Shown piece after piece: positions 10,419-18,386 of a DNA stretch of 64,000 nucleotides (position 1 is the stretch's first letter; every line of letters starts with the position of its first letter). Position numbers and translations under genes: made by a program. The stretch is taken from positions 1 to 64,000 of the forward strand of contig NZ_DASWMD010000058.1 of NCBI RefSeq assembly GCF_036399935.1, given 5' to 3'. This DNA comes from Longimicrobium sp. Its GTDB lineage: Bacteria > Gemmatimonadota > Gemmatimonadetes > Longimicrobiales > Longimicrobiaceae. The notes beneath the pieces were generated by a model. That model was not told the DNA's origin, did no database searches, and saw nothing but the letters and a program-made list of their open reading frames with translations.

Positions 10419-10898
10419 ATGACTCGTTTCCGCTGGGCACTCGTCCTCGTCTTCGCCCTTGGTGCCGCGCCGCTCCACGCGCAGGATGCGGAAGAGGATG
10501 CGCCGGAACCGGCGCCACGCGGACGGACGGCGCAACTGGCCGCCCTCGGCCTTCGCTACGGGGCCCCGCTCGGCGCCTCCGCCTACACCGGTGTCATCAT
10601 CGCCCCGCGCGGCCCCGACTTCATCCAGGGGCCATCGATCATCGGCGAGGTGGGGCAGGATGGCATGCGGCTGTCCGTGGGCATGTCATCCGTAAGCCTC
10701 GGGGGGTCGTATCGTGCGCAGGCGAGCCTCATCCGCACGTGGGACCCTCACGCCGACATCGAGCCGGGCCAGACGTACCTCGGGCCGGAGGTCAGCGCGG
10801 GGCTGATCCTGGGAATCACCGTGGGCCACTACTGGCGGATCAGCGACGGCGGCGGGCCGGCACGGTTCTTCGCGATCGGCTCGTTCCTCGGAGTCTGA
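10419..10898 (+). CDS. Small secreted protein (signal peptide), unknown function
   Basis: The start is MTRFRWALVLVFALGAAPLHAQ. It is the only coding-like part of the spurious 1320-aa ORF 6936..10898. Confidence 0.4.
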   Translation: MTRFRWALVLVFALGAAPLHAQDAEEDAPEPAPRGRTAQLAALGLRYGAPLGASAYTGVIIAPRGPDFIQGPSIIGEVGQDGMRLSVGMSSVSLGGSYRAQASLIRTWDPHADIEPGQTYLGPEVSAGLILGITVGHYWRISDGGGPARFFAIGSFLGV

Positions 10899-10915
10899 CC
10901 CGCGGCTGCGATGGG

Positions 10916-11371
10916 TCATCCAGAGACCGAGCGCAATCCGTCATCCAGAGGCCCGGGCGCACTGAACTGGCCCGCAGCGCATACCATGCAGGGCCGTGGG
11001 ATCTTGCCGCGGGAGCGACTGTGCCCGGGCGCGGCAGCGACACGGAACCCTGGGCCTCGGTCCTGGTCCTCGCCTGGGGGTTCGGCCCAAGCCTCCCCGG
11101 GCGAATGAATTCGGAATTGTGTACTTGACGAAACCGGATATAGCCGGATCATCCGCCGCCCCGTCCACGGGGGCGGCTCCACACCCGACGAACGCACCGC
11201 GCGCCCGGCCCCGGAGCCTTTCAGGTACAGTGCGGCAAGCCGCATCCGGATACGCGGGTGCGGCATGGACCCGCGCAAGAAACTATGCAAGGTAGAGTGC
11301 TGCACCCCGGCCCGTTCAGCGACGGCGCGGATAGACTCAGCTTCGGCGCATTCCGCGAACCACTCCCGCAT
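10916..11371 (-). CDS. Small HTH-like protein, paralog of 35744..36112; C-terminus runs into the IS-end repeat
   Basis: SIRAVAERAGVQHSTLHSFLRGSMPHPRIRMRLAALYL aligns with SIRAVAQEIGVGHSTLYKFIGGSTPRARVRARLLAWYV. The ATG at 11371 is in frame. The 3' portion overlaps repeat 10996..11112, so the gene is probably truncated or altered. Confidence 0.4.
   Translation of the reverse strand: MREWFAECAEAESIRAVAERAGVQHSTLHSFLRGSMPHPRIRMRLAALYLKGSGAGRAVRSSGVEPPPWTGRRMIRLYPVSSSTQFRIHSPGEAWAEPPGEDQDRGPGFRVAAAPGHSRSRGKIPRPCMVCAAGQFSAPGPLDDGLRSVSG
10996..11112. repeat. Solo copy of a ~115-bp repeat identical to the 5' end region of the degraded IS1595-family element at 16046..16158
   Basis: Near-identical string cggcagcgacacggaaccctgggcctcggtcctggtcctcgcctggggg...gaattcg at both loci. 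No transposase is attached at this copy. Confidence 0.6.
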
Positions 11372-11412
11372 GTCCTCCACGCGGACGCCCTTCCACGCGT
11401 CCCGGTTTACGC

Positions 11413-11772
11413 TCACGGCGCCACCTCGCACCGCAGACCGGCCAACGCGGGCACCAGCACGTCCGCGAGCGCCTTCCTGACGCGCACCCGTTCCGCAAGC
11501 GGGAAGGTGTCGGCCAGCAGGTTCAAGGCTATGTCCACGGGTTCCATCTCTGGCGGCTCGCGTCCCTCCGCGTACCTGTGCCCCGCGTCCCACAGCGCCC
11601 CGCCCGGCTCCCCGCCACCCATGAACGCCGTCAAGTCGTCCACCGGCACGCCCAAGGTGCGCGCCAGCACAGGCGCGGGGACGGTCTGCAGTTCGGTGCG
11701 AAAGAGCGCACGCATCAGCGCGTACCCTATCGCATAGTCCATCGCGACAACCGCCTCTTTCGCGTTCATCAT
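11413..11772 (-). CDS. Hypothetical protein (119 aa)
   Basis: Ordinary amino-acid composition. Sits upstream of and co-oriented with the HTH-like gene. Confidence 0.35.
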   Translation of the reverse strand: MMNAKEAVVAMDYAIGYALMRALFRTELQTVPAPVLARTLGVPVDDLTAFMGGGEPGGALWDAGHRYAEGREPPEMEPVDIALNLLADTFPLAERVRVRKALADVLVPALAGLRCEVAP

Positions 11773-11886
11773 AGGCCGTGTTCCCCTTGCGGCGGGTGAG
11801 GTCTGGGCGTAGCCTGTCCAGTGTACCTCTAACCCATTCTCGCAATTCTCGCACCCGCTGGCGTGCGGGTGCGGGGCGGCGCTCGT

Positions 11887-12246
11887 ATGACGCCGCCTGA
11901 ACGCACTATGCCCGTCAACGCCATCCGCGACGCTGTGCGGCGGGCAGCGGCGGCTACGTCCGTGCGCTCAGTCGCGCGGGGCTCCGGCCTCAGTGACCAG
12001 GGGCTGAAATACTTCTTGGAAGGGGGCGAGCCGCGCGCGGGCACGCTTCGCAAGCTAACCGAGTGGTACGTGCGGGATGCGGCGAAGTTGGGCGAGTTGG
12101 ACGCGGAGACGGTGCAGGCGGCGCTATCCGTGCTGCTGGCCGACATGACCGAACCCCAGCTATCCGCAACCCGGCGTGCCGTGCTGGATGCGATCCGTGA
12201 GGGCTACAAGGCCATGGGGCGGGACGTGCCCGGCTGGCTCGGTTGA
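11887..12246 (+). CDS. Small HTH-like protein, second paralog of the same family
   Basis: SVRSVARGSGLSDQGLKYFLEGGEPRAGTLRKLTEWYV matches the family motif. Divergent from 11413..11772. The start could be 11863, 11887 or 11908. Confidence 0.5.
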   Translation: MTPPERTMPVNAIRDAVRRAAAATSVRSVARGSGLSDQGLKYFLEGGEPRAGTLRKLTEWYVRDAAKLGELDAETVQAALSVLLADMTEPQLSATRRAVLDAIREGYKAMGRDVPGWLG

Positions 12247-12494
12247 AACCTACGCGCGGCACCTGCGTATGGATGCGGGACGGAGGCACTTCCGCCGCCG
12301 CCAGGTGCACCCCATCAAGGAGGTGTGTGCTTGAAGCGTTTCTCATACTGACCGCCCGGACGGTTCATGGCTTGGACTCGAACCAATGGAACGGGGCGGT
12401 GCGGCGCGTGGGCAAACGATCCATACAACTAACGGTAAGCTGAGGTTGGGGATTCCTCCCAAAAGACTCCCCGCCGTCCAGAGCCCACGCAACA

Positions 12495-12532
12495 GAGCGG
12501 GCCGGGTCCACTAAGACCCGGCCCGCTCTCGT
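12495..12532 (+). terminator. Perfect 14-bp-stem hairpin followed by a T-rich tract
   Basis: GAGCGGGCCGGGTC-cactaa-GACCCGGCCCGCTC, followed by tcgtttgtgt. Confidence 0.5.
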
Positions 12533-12577
12533 TTGTGTCCCAGCAGTCTAGACGCACAAGTAAGCATCGGGAGGGGG

Positions 12578-12748
12578 CTACTTCCCCTTTGGGCTTCGCC
12601 GCTCGCGGATGCGGGGAGCGGGCAAGCCTTCCGGGGGCACGGGCGTAGGTACGAGCCGCCGGATCGCTTCCTCAAACGGTACGTCGATCTTCAGTACGTC
12701 CGGCGCGGCGCCTCGCGTCTTCGGGCTTGGTTCGGCTTTTTCTGCCAT
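12578..12748 (-). CDS. Small hypothetical protein (56 aa)
   Basis: MAEKAEPSPKTRGAAPDVLKIDVPFEEAIRRLVPTPVPPEGLPAPRIRERRSPKGK, with an ATG start. Lies in the low-GC islet. Weak evidence. Confidence 0.3.
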   Translation of the reverse strand: MAEKAEPSPKTRGAAPDVLKIDVPFEEAIRRLVPTPVPPEGLPAPRIRERRSPKGK

Positions 12749-13096
12749 GATGGCACACCTTCGCGGTGGGAGTCGGGCCTAACGATGTGCACTCGTGGCG
12801 ACAGAGTCAACAATTTTTGCGAAATCCCGGTCCTCATCCCAGGTGTCGAAGTGAGGAGAGTGTTCATAGCGTGTACTTTCAGCCGCGCCCAAAGTGCCAT
12901 ATATCACGTACTTACAACAAGTGCGCAGAGTAGCCGGAGAACACCCAAGTCAGCCACCGGAGAACCGAAGTCGGAAGTTTCATCGTCCGACCCGACAACC
13001 GGGTTGTGCGGCGGAGAGAGTGCGCTATCTTTGTAGGGTGCTGCATCCGGCTCGTGTCCGGCCGAAGACCCCCCACAAAGAGAGGACGGCCCCGCC

Positions 13097-13690
13097 GTGA
13101 CCGACTCCGATCTGCTCCGCAGGATGGAGGACGACCTTGAACGCGCACGCGTTCGCCTGGAAGCGGCACGGCGGGCGCTTGCTGAGGCGCAGCCCCAGGT
13201 GGACGAGTTGGAGATGTTGATCCGAGGCGTGCGGCGCTACGTCACACCCGATGCGCCGCCCCCCGCACCTGCGTCGGTCGCCCAACCGGAGCCCGAGCCA
13301 GCCGCAGAGCCGCAGGTCGAAAATGGGGCAGCGCGATGGGCGAAGGATACATCGATCCGTAGCGCCGCCATCCAGATTCTCGGCCGCACCCCCGACCGCG
13401 TGGTGTCGTCGGGTGACATCGCCGCGACACTGCTGAGTGAGGGCTATCCCTACACGGGTGACACCAGCGACCTAAAGAAGCGTCTCTCCAAACTGCGGGA
13501 AACCGTTTCCGCCGTGTTGAACCAGCACATCAAGGGCGGGCACAATCCGCCGTTGGCGAAGCCCGAGCCCGCGCGGTACGCGCTGCTGCAGACGGACGTG
13601 ATGGCTGAACAGGAAAATCTTTTGAACATGAACGACGAAACGGCCGAGGACCCGCGCGCCAACGCGGACTCGACCGTTTCGGAAAGCTAA
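13097..13690 (+). CDS. Hypothetical protein with N-terminal coiled-coil (197 aa)
   Basis: GTG start preceded by a purine-rich stretch. Ordinary composition. The C-terminal half is conserved-looking (SSGDIAATLLSEGYPYTGD). Confidence 0.5.
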   Translation: MTDSDLLRRMEDDLERARVRLEAARRALAEAQPQVDELEMLIRGVRRYVTPDAPPPAPASVAQPEPEPAAEPQVENGAARWAKDTSIRSAAIQILGRTPDRVVSSGDIAATLLSEGYPYTGDTSDLKKRLSKLRETVSAVLNQHIKGGHNPPLAKPEPARYALLQTDVMAEQENLLNMNDETAEDPRANADSTVSES

Positions 13691-13845
13691 AACCGGGGAA
13701 AACCAACTGGCGTCGGCCCTCCCGGTCTTGTGCCCAACACCGAAGGCGTGAGCACATAGGGACAGTAAGCACCCCTATGGTAACACCCTGAGGTTGCGGA
13801 ATCAAGTTTCGGCCGTGCGCCGCAACTCGCACCCTGAGGTGTATT

Positions 13846-14133
13846 GTGCCCATCCCGATCAAGCGGGCCAAGCCCGCGCTGTGCCGCTCCTGCGGCCATC
13901 CCCTCACCTTCCGCCCGTGGTTCCGGGACCGGAACGGTGTCATCCACTACGCCCGCACCTACGGCAAGCGCGTGTTTGTCTGGTGCGAGGTGTGCAGCCG
14001 TGGCGGGCCGTTCGGTGGCAAGCGGTCCACCGCGCCGCGTCGGCGCCCGCCTGCGGCTGGTGCTGGTGCCGCGGTGCGTAAGCCTCGCGTGAGTGCGTCG
14101 AAGCTCCGTGCCCGCCCCAAGCCGCGCACGTAA
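13846..14133 (+). CDS. Small zinc-ribbon-like protein (CxxC...CxxC)
   Basis: GTG start with a GAGGTG Shine-Dalgarno 7 nt upstream. Cysteines C13/C16 and C47/C50. Basic C-terminal tail. Confidence 0.45.
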   Translation: MPIPIKRAKPALCRSCGHPLTFRPWFRDRNGVIHYARTYGKRVFVWCEVCSRGGPFGGKRSTAPRRRPPAAGAGAAVRKPRVSASKLRARPKPRT

Positions 14134-14155
14134 ACCGACGGACGGCTGCTGGACA

Positions 14156-14186
14156 AGCGGGGCGACGTGAGTCGCCCCGCTTTTTG
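14156..14186 (+). terminator. Rho-independent terminator
   Basis: GCGGGGCGAC-gtga-GTCGCCCCGC followed by TTTTTG, 23 nt after the stop of 13846..14133. Confidence 0.65.
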
Positions 14187-14187
14187 C

Positions 14188-14217
14188 GGACCTATTTGCA
14201 ACGTGCAAATAGGTCCG
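14188..14217. repeat. Perfect 13-bp-arm palindrome
   Basis: GGACCTATTTGCA-acg-TGCAAATAGGTCC, immediately after the terminator. Confidence 0.5.
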
Positions 14218-14407
14218 ACCTGTTCGTCACTTCTAACACAACGGTTGCGGCGAAGGGCAGTCTCTGTTTAGATAATACGGGAAAGTAAAGAACGCGCGTG
14301 AGGTTGAATACAACTTGAAGTCTGGTGTATACAACTTAGGACTGCGCACCACTCTTGCGTACTCAGCGGTGGCGCGGCACATTATAGACCCCATCGGGGT
14401 AAGGTTG

Positions 14408-14445
14408 CGCCGACGGCGTACAATGATTGTACGCCGACGCAAGTT
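14408..14445. promoter_or_regulatory. Imperfect palindrome in an AT-rich region upstream of 14473 (operator candidate)
   Basis: CGGCGTACA-atgat-TGTACGCCG core with extended arms. Lies in the most AT-rich stretch of the window (14240-14470), which also has ATACAACTT direct repeats. Confidence 0.35.
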
Positions 14446-14472
14446 AGAGCCGAGAGACCGAGAGATAGAAAG

Positions 14473-14679
14473 ATGAGCACCAAAGAGCTTGAGATGGTGC
14501 CCGTTACCTCCGAAGAGGTCTCGCCGGAGGAGTATTTGCGGATCCATGAAAAGGATCGTGGGCTGATCCAATCGGTCGGAATTCGGGGGCCGTCGCTGGG
14601 GCGTCCGGGGTTCGGTCAGATTGTCGTTGAGTACAAAACGCCGATCTACCGATACCGGCTCGGGGGCAGACTCGGGTAA
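14473..14679 (+). CDS. Small hypothetical protein (68 aa)
   Basis: ATG preceded by agagatagaaag. Ordinary composition. Confidence 0.4.
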   Translation: MSTKELEMVPVTSEEVSPEEYLRIHEKDRGLIQSVGIRGPSLGRPGFGQIVVEYKTPIYRYRLGGRLG

Positions 14680-14686
14680 GTAAACG

Positions 14687-15145
14687 ATGGCTAGACCTAA
14701 GAACCTCCCCGCCCGCCCCAGCCCGCAGCCGAACCAAGACAACGACGCACTAACGCCGACGCAGCCGGTGCAGCTGTCGCCGGCGTTAGTGCAACAGCTG
14801 GTAGAGAACCAAGCGAAAGAACTCGCGATCCGAAGCGAGGAAATCGCACTCCGGGCTAAGGAAACCGACGCCGGACACCGCTTCGCAGAAAAGGCGTTAG
14901 ACGCTCAAGTTAAGGACCGCCACGAGATCCGCGAGGAGCAGAAGCGGGGGCGTCGTGACCGGCTGTACTTCTTGGGCTTCGCTGCTGCGGTGGTGATAAC
15001 GTTTCTCGTATACCTGCTGCACACGGGTAAGGACGCCTTCGCTCAAGAAGTCTTGAAGGCCCTGATCTTCCTTTTGAGTGGCGGGACGGGCGGCTATTTT
15101 GCCGGGAAGCACCAAGGCAGGAAGCAAGAGGCGGCAGGGGAGTAG
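14687..15145 (+). CDS. Hypothetical membrane-anchored protein (152 aa)
   Basis: Follows 14473..14679 with an 8-nt gap. Has one TM helix (FLGFAAAVVITFLVYLL). Confidence 0.45.
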   Translation: MARPKNLPARPSPQPNQDNDALTPTQPVQLSPALVQQLVENQAKELAIRSEEIALRAKETDAGHRFAEKALDAQVKDRHEIREEQKRGRRDRLYFLGFAAAVVITFLVYLLHTGKDAFAQEVLKALIFLLSGGTGGYFAGKHQGRKQEAAGE

Positions 15146-15218
15146 GGCCTGTACAAATTTATATCGCCGGGGCCGGGCCTTTGTAGAGGCCTGACCCCGG
15201 TTGCCGTTCTCCCCACGT

Positions 15219-16182
15219 TCAGACCATCCGGGGCACCACAGCCGCCTTGCGGGTGAGGCGCTTCCCCTCCATCCACCGGATCAATTCCGCCGTGCGCACG
15301 CCGTCCGTCATGTGCCGCTGGTTGTGCAGCCACTCCATGTGCGTGGCGTACCTGTGCAGGTGCGGGCGCGAGAGGCGGTGCCACACGCCGAAGATGCCGC
15401 GCTCGAATCGGGCAAAGAAGCTCTCCGCACGGTTGGTGGTCACTTCCCCACGCGCGAACTCCTTGGCGCTGTGGTTGACCGTCTCGTGCCCGCCGAAGGC
15501 GCGCGCCACCGCCTTGTACGCAATGTACTCGTTGTGCAGCGTGGCGTTACGGCACACCATCTCGCGGAGCGCGTCTTTTCAGGTTGGCGGCAGTCACGTC
15601 CGCGACAACCTGAGTGCGGGCGCGGCCAGTGCTGCGCTCCACCGCGACGAGAACGGGAACGTGGTGGTTACGGCTCCGGCCGCGCCGGGCGGGGAAGATC
15701 CTCACCACGGGCGATGATCGCCTCGCGGGCCTGCTTGCCCATCTTGCGCGGCTTGCCCCCGATGAAACTTTCGTCCACCTCCACAGTGCCGGAGAGCGGC
15801 TTGCCGCTGGTGTCCACCATGCCGGATACAGTGCATCATGAAGCGGGCCGTCTTGTAGCTCACCCCCGTCTGGCGCTCAATCAGCTTCGCCGCCACACCT
15901 TTCTTGTTGCTCGCGGCCTGCCACGTCACGAACGCCCACACGCGGAGCGGAATAGGGCTATCCTCCATAAATCGTGCCGGTCCGGACCGTGAACTGCTTC
16001 TTGCAGTCCCGGCACCGCCAGCGGAAGTTCTCCTGACGCTCGCCCGATCTTACCGCGGGAGCCACTTCGCCCGTGCGCGGCAGCGACACGGAACCCTGGG
16101 CCTCGGTCCTGGTCCTCGCCTGGGGGTCCGGCCCAAGCCTCTCCGGGGAATGAATTCGCTGCAATGACCACACGATGTCCAC
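15219..16182 (-). mobile_element. Degraded IS1595-family insertion sequence; the transposase is split into three frames (pseudogene)
   Basis: Three minus-strand ORF pieces. One is 15958..16182, an N-terminal zinc ribbon (RWRCRDCKKQFTVRTGTIYGG). One is 15702..15968 (GVSYKTARFMMHCIR). One is 15219..15560 (NRAESFFARFERGIFGVWHRLSRPHLHRY). This is the ISXO2-like/IS1595 transposase signature. Frameshifts separate the pieces. Confidence 0.7.
16046..16158. repeat. Second copy of the ~115-bp repeat (5' end region of the IS1595-family element)
   Basis: Matches 10996..11112. A shared GCAA(A)TCYGTCATCCAGAG motif lies near both loci, at 10940-10960 and 16290-16312. Confidence 0.6.
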
Positions 16183-16342
16183 CTTCGTGGACTCGCCTGC
16201 TGTCGTGTGGCTGCGATGATGGGGCGCACCCCGGCCTCTCGTCCCAGTCGAGTGCTGCTTTCTGGGTCGATCGCACCATGCTCAAGCCGAGTGCAAATCT
16301 GTCATCCAGAGCAACGGCCGAGGGTTGATCCGGGCCTTCGTG

Positions 16343-16372
16343 CGGGGGAGCAGGCCACGGGGCCTGCTCCCC
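16343..16372. terminator. Hairpin downstream of the metallo-beta-lactamase gene
   Basis: GGGGAGCAGGCC-acgg-GGCCTGCTCCCC. Confidence 0.4.
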
Positions 16373-16397
16373 GTCTTGCACGGTTCCCGGGCCGAGT

Positions 16398-17309
16398 TCA
16401 GCGCGATGTCCGCTCGGTTTGCAGCCGGCCCTGCAGCCGCTCGCGCCCCGCGGCCGCGTACCGCTTGCAGGCGTTCCGGTCCACCAGCGGCTGGCGTCCA
16501 TCGAGACGCTCGAACAGCGCGGAGCCGCTGGGATGCGGGGTGATGAGGATGTCGCACGAAAGCGCCTCCAGCGTGCGGAAGCCGCGCTCGAAGTCGGCCA
16601 CGGCGCCGGGATAGGCGGGGCTGTCCGTGAAGCGGAAGCCGTCCGCGGAGATCGGGGAATGGCTGTCGGCGTAGACCACGTCCACGCAGGCTGCGCCCTC
16701 GCACGACTTCCACGTCCACGTGGTGCCGCCCTGCGTGTGCCCTGGCGTCAGGTGCGCGGTAAGGGCGAGCGGCCCTACGCGGAGAGTTTCGCCATCCGCG
16801 AAGCGCCGTACGTTCCTCACGGGCGGAAAGTCCAGCAGCTCGCCGTGCTGGGGATCGCCCACCTCCGACGTGCCGTTTTCCAGGACGCCCGCGCTGGCGA
16901 CGCTCGCCGCCACCTGCGCACCCGACGCCGCCTGCAGCGCCGCCAGCCCGCCCGCGTGGTCGTAGTGCACGTGCGAGTTCAGGATGAGCCGCACGTCGCG
17001 AACGTCGAAGCCCAGCGCACGGATGTTGTCCAGGATCAGCGGCGCGGAGTTCGGGAGCGCCCCGTCGATGAGCACGTGGCCATCGGGTGAGGTCACCAGG
17101 ATGGCGGAGAGTCCGTTCGTGCCGACGTAGTAGGTGTTCCCGTGGATCTTCACCGGTGCGTGGGGCTCGTTCCACGCGGCGCAGGTGGGGCAGAGCGCCG
17201 CGGGATACGGTCGCGTGCGCGGATCACCGGCCTGCGCGCAGGCGCTGGTGCCGGAGAGCGCCAGGAGCGCCGCGCTCGCGGCGAGGGTGCGGACGGAGAC
17301 GGGTCTCAT
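16398..17309 (-). CDS. Subclass B3-like metallo-beta-lactamase fold hydrolase, secreted
   Basis: Signal peptide MRPVSVRTLAASAALLALSGTSACAQ. HVHYDHAGG (the HxHxDH motif). About 300 aa mature length. Confidence 0.8.
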   Translation of the reverse strand: MRPVSVRTLAASAALLALSGTSACAQAGDPRTRPYPAALCPTCAAWNEPHAPVKIHGNTYYVGTNGLSAILVTSPDGHVLIDGALPNSAPLILDNIRALGFDVRDVRLILNSHVHYDHAGGLAALQAASGAQVAASVASAGVLENGTSEVGDPQHGELLDFPPVRNVRRFADGETLRVGPLALTAHLTPGHTQGGTTWTWKSCEGAACVDVVYADSHSPISADGFRFTDSPAYPGAVADFERGFRTLEALSCDILITPHPSGSALFERLDGRQPLVDRNACKRYAAAGRERLQGRLQTERTSR

Positions 17310-17543
17310 GCTCGGGCCGTGACAGGAAGGTTCATCGAGTGCATCCGACCGGCCGGACGCACGTTGGATAATACTCTCGCGCGCGGCGAACGATTCGGCC
17401 AGTACGTCCGTCGCTGTAACTTTTCCCGGGCTCCCCCCGTACACCGAAACATGCTGGTGGACGGGGCGGCGCCGGGTGTTTAGTTTTGATCCCGTCCCAC
17501 CTCCCCTGACCACGCCCGCTCACACCTTTCCGCAGGAGCCCCG

Positions 17544-18110
17544 ATGCCGACCCTTACGCGTTCCTTCCGCCGCGTGTTTTCGCGCGTGCTGGCCGTCGCC
17601 GGCCTTTCGCTGGCCGCCGTGGCCGCCGACGTCTCGTCCGCCGCCGCGCAGTTCGAAAAGCTGTTCACCGAGGAAGTTTCCAACTACCGCCTGACGACGG
17701 CGGGGATGCAGAAGTTCGTCACGGCGACGCAGGCACTGCATGAGTTGGAGGATGAGGACCTCCAGATCGCCGAACGGTTCGAGAACCTGGACGAAGACGA
17801 CGTGGACCTCGATCAGATCGCCGCCGCCTTCGACAGCGAGCCGCGGGTGAAGAGCGCCATCAGCGGCGCCGGATTGACCAGCCGCGAGTACGTGACGTTC
17901 ATGTTCTCGATGATCCAGACGATGATCACGGCCGCGATGCTGGAGATGGGCGGCGAAAACGCGCTGGCGCAGATGGAGAACTCAGTGCTCAAGCAGAACG
18001 TCCAGTTCTACCGCGAGCACCAGGAGGAGTTCGAGGCCATGGGCGAGGCACTGGAAGAGATGGGCGAGGACGAGGGCGAAGAGAACGAAGAAGAGAACGA
18101 AGAAAGCTGA
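17544..18110 (+). CDS. Secreted hypothetical protein with acidic C-terminal tail
   Basis: Signal peptide. The C-terminus is EEMGEDEGEENEEENEES. Confidence 0.5.
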   Translation: MPTLTRSFRRVFSRVLAVAGLSLAAVAADVSSAAAQFEKLFTEEVSNYRLTTAGMQKFVTATQALHELEDEDLQIAERFENLDEDDVDLDQIAAAFDSEPRVKSAISGAGLTSREYVTFMFSMIQTMITAAMLEMGGENALAQMENSVLKQNVQFYREHQEEFEAMGEALEEMGEDEGEENEEENEES

Positions 18111-18146
18111 TCGCCTCCTCCGCGGGCAGCAAACGAGAGAGCGGCG

Positions 18147-18185
18147 GCGCGCCCAGGGCGTGCCGCCGCTTCTCTTCGGTGCCCG
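18147..18185 (+). terminator. Imperfect hairpin after 17544..18110
   Basis: AGAGCGGCGGC-gcgcccagggcgt-GCCGCCGCTTCT. Confidence 0.35.
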
Positions 18186-18386
18186 GATGCACCTGGAATC
18201 GCCGGACGACGCGCCGCGGACCCGCCGTCACCCTCCACGCGCTTCTCCCTTCCGCAGTGGCCTTCGTGCCCCCTGTGTGAGACCCCTCGTCAGCGTCGTA
18301 CGATGATTGCACAACGCCTCGCTCCCGCCGCCGGAACCACGGACGGAGGCGGCCCAGGTGCGTCCTATCGTACGAGGAGGAGCGGG

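Noticed and set aside
6936-10898. ORF 6936..10898 (1320 aa) and 7072..9831 (919 aa, minus)
   Set aside because: They run antisense or off-frame through the flotillin and NfeD genes. Only the last 159 codons of the plus ORF, which carry a signal peptide, look genuine.
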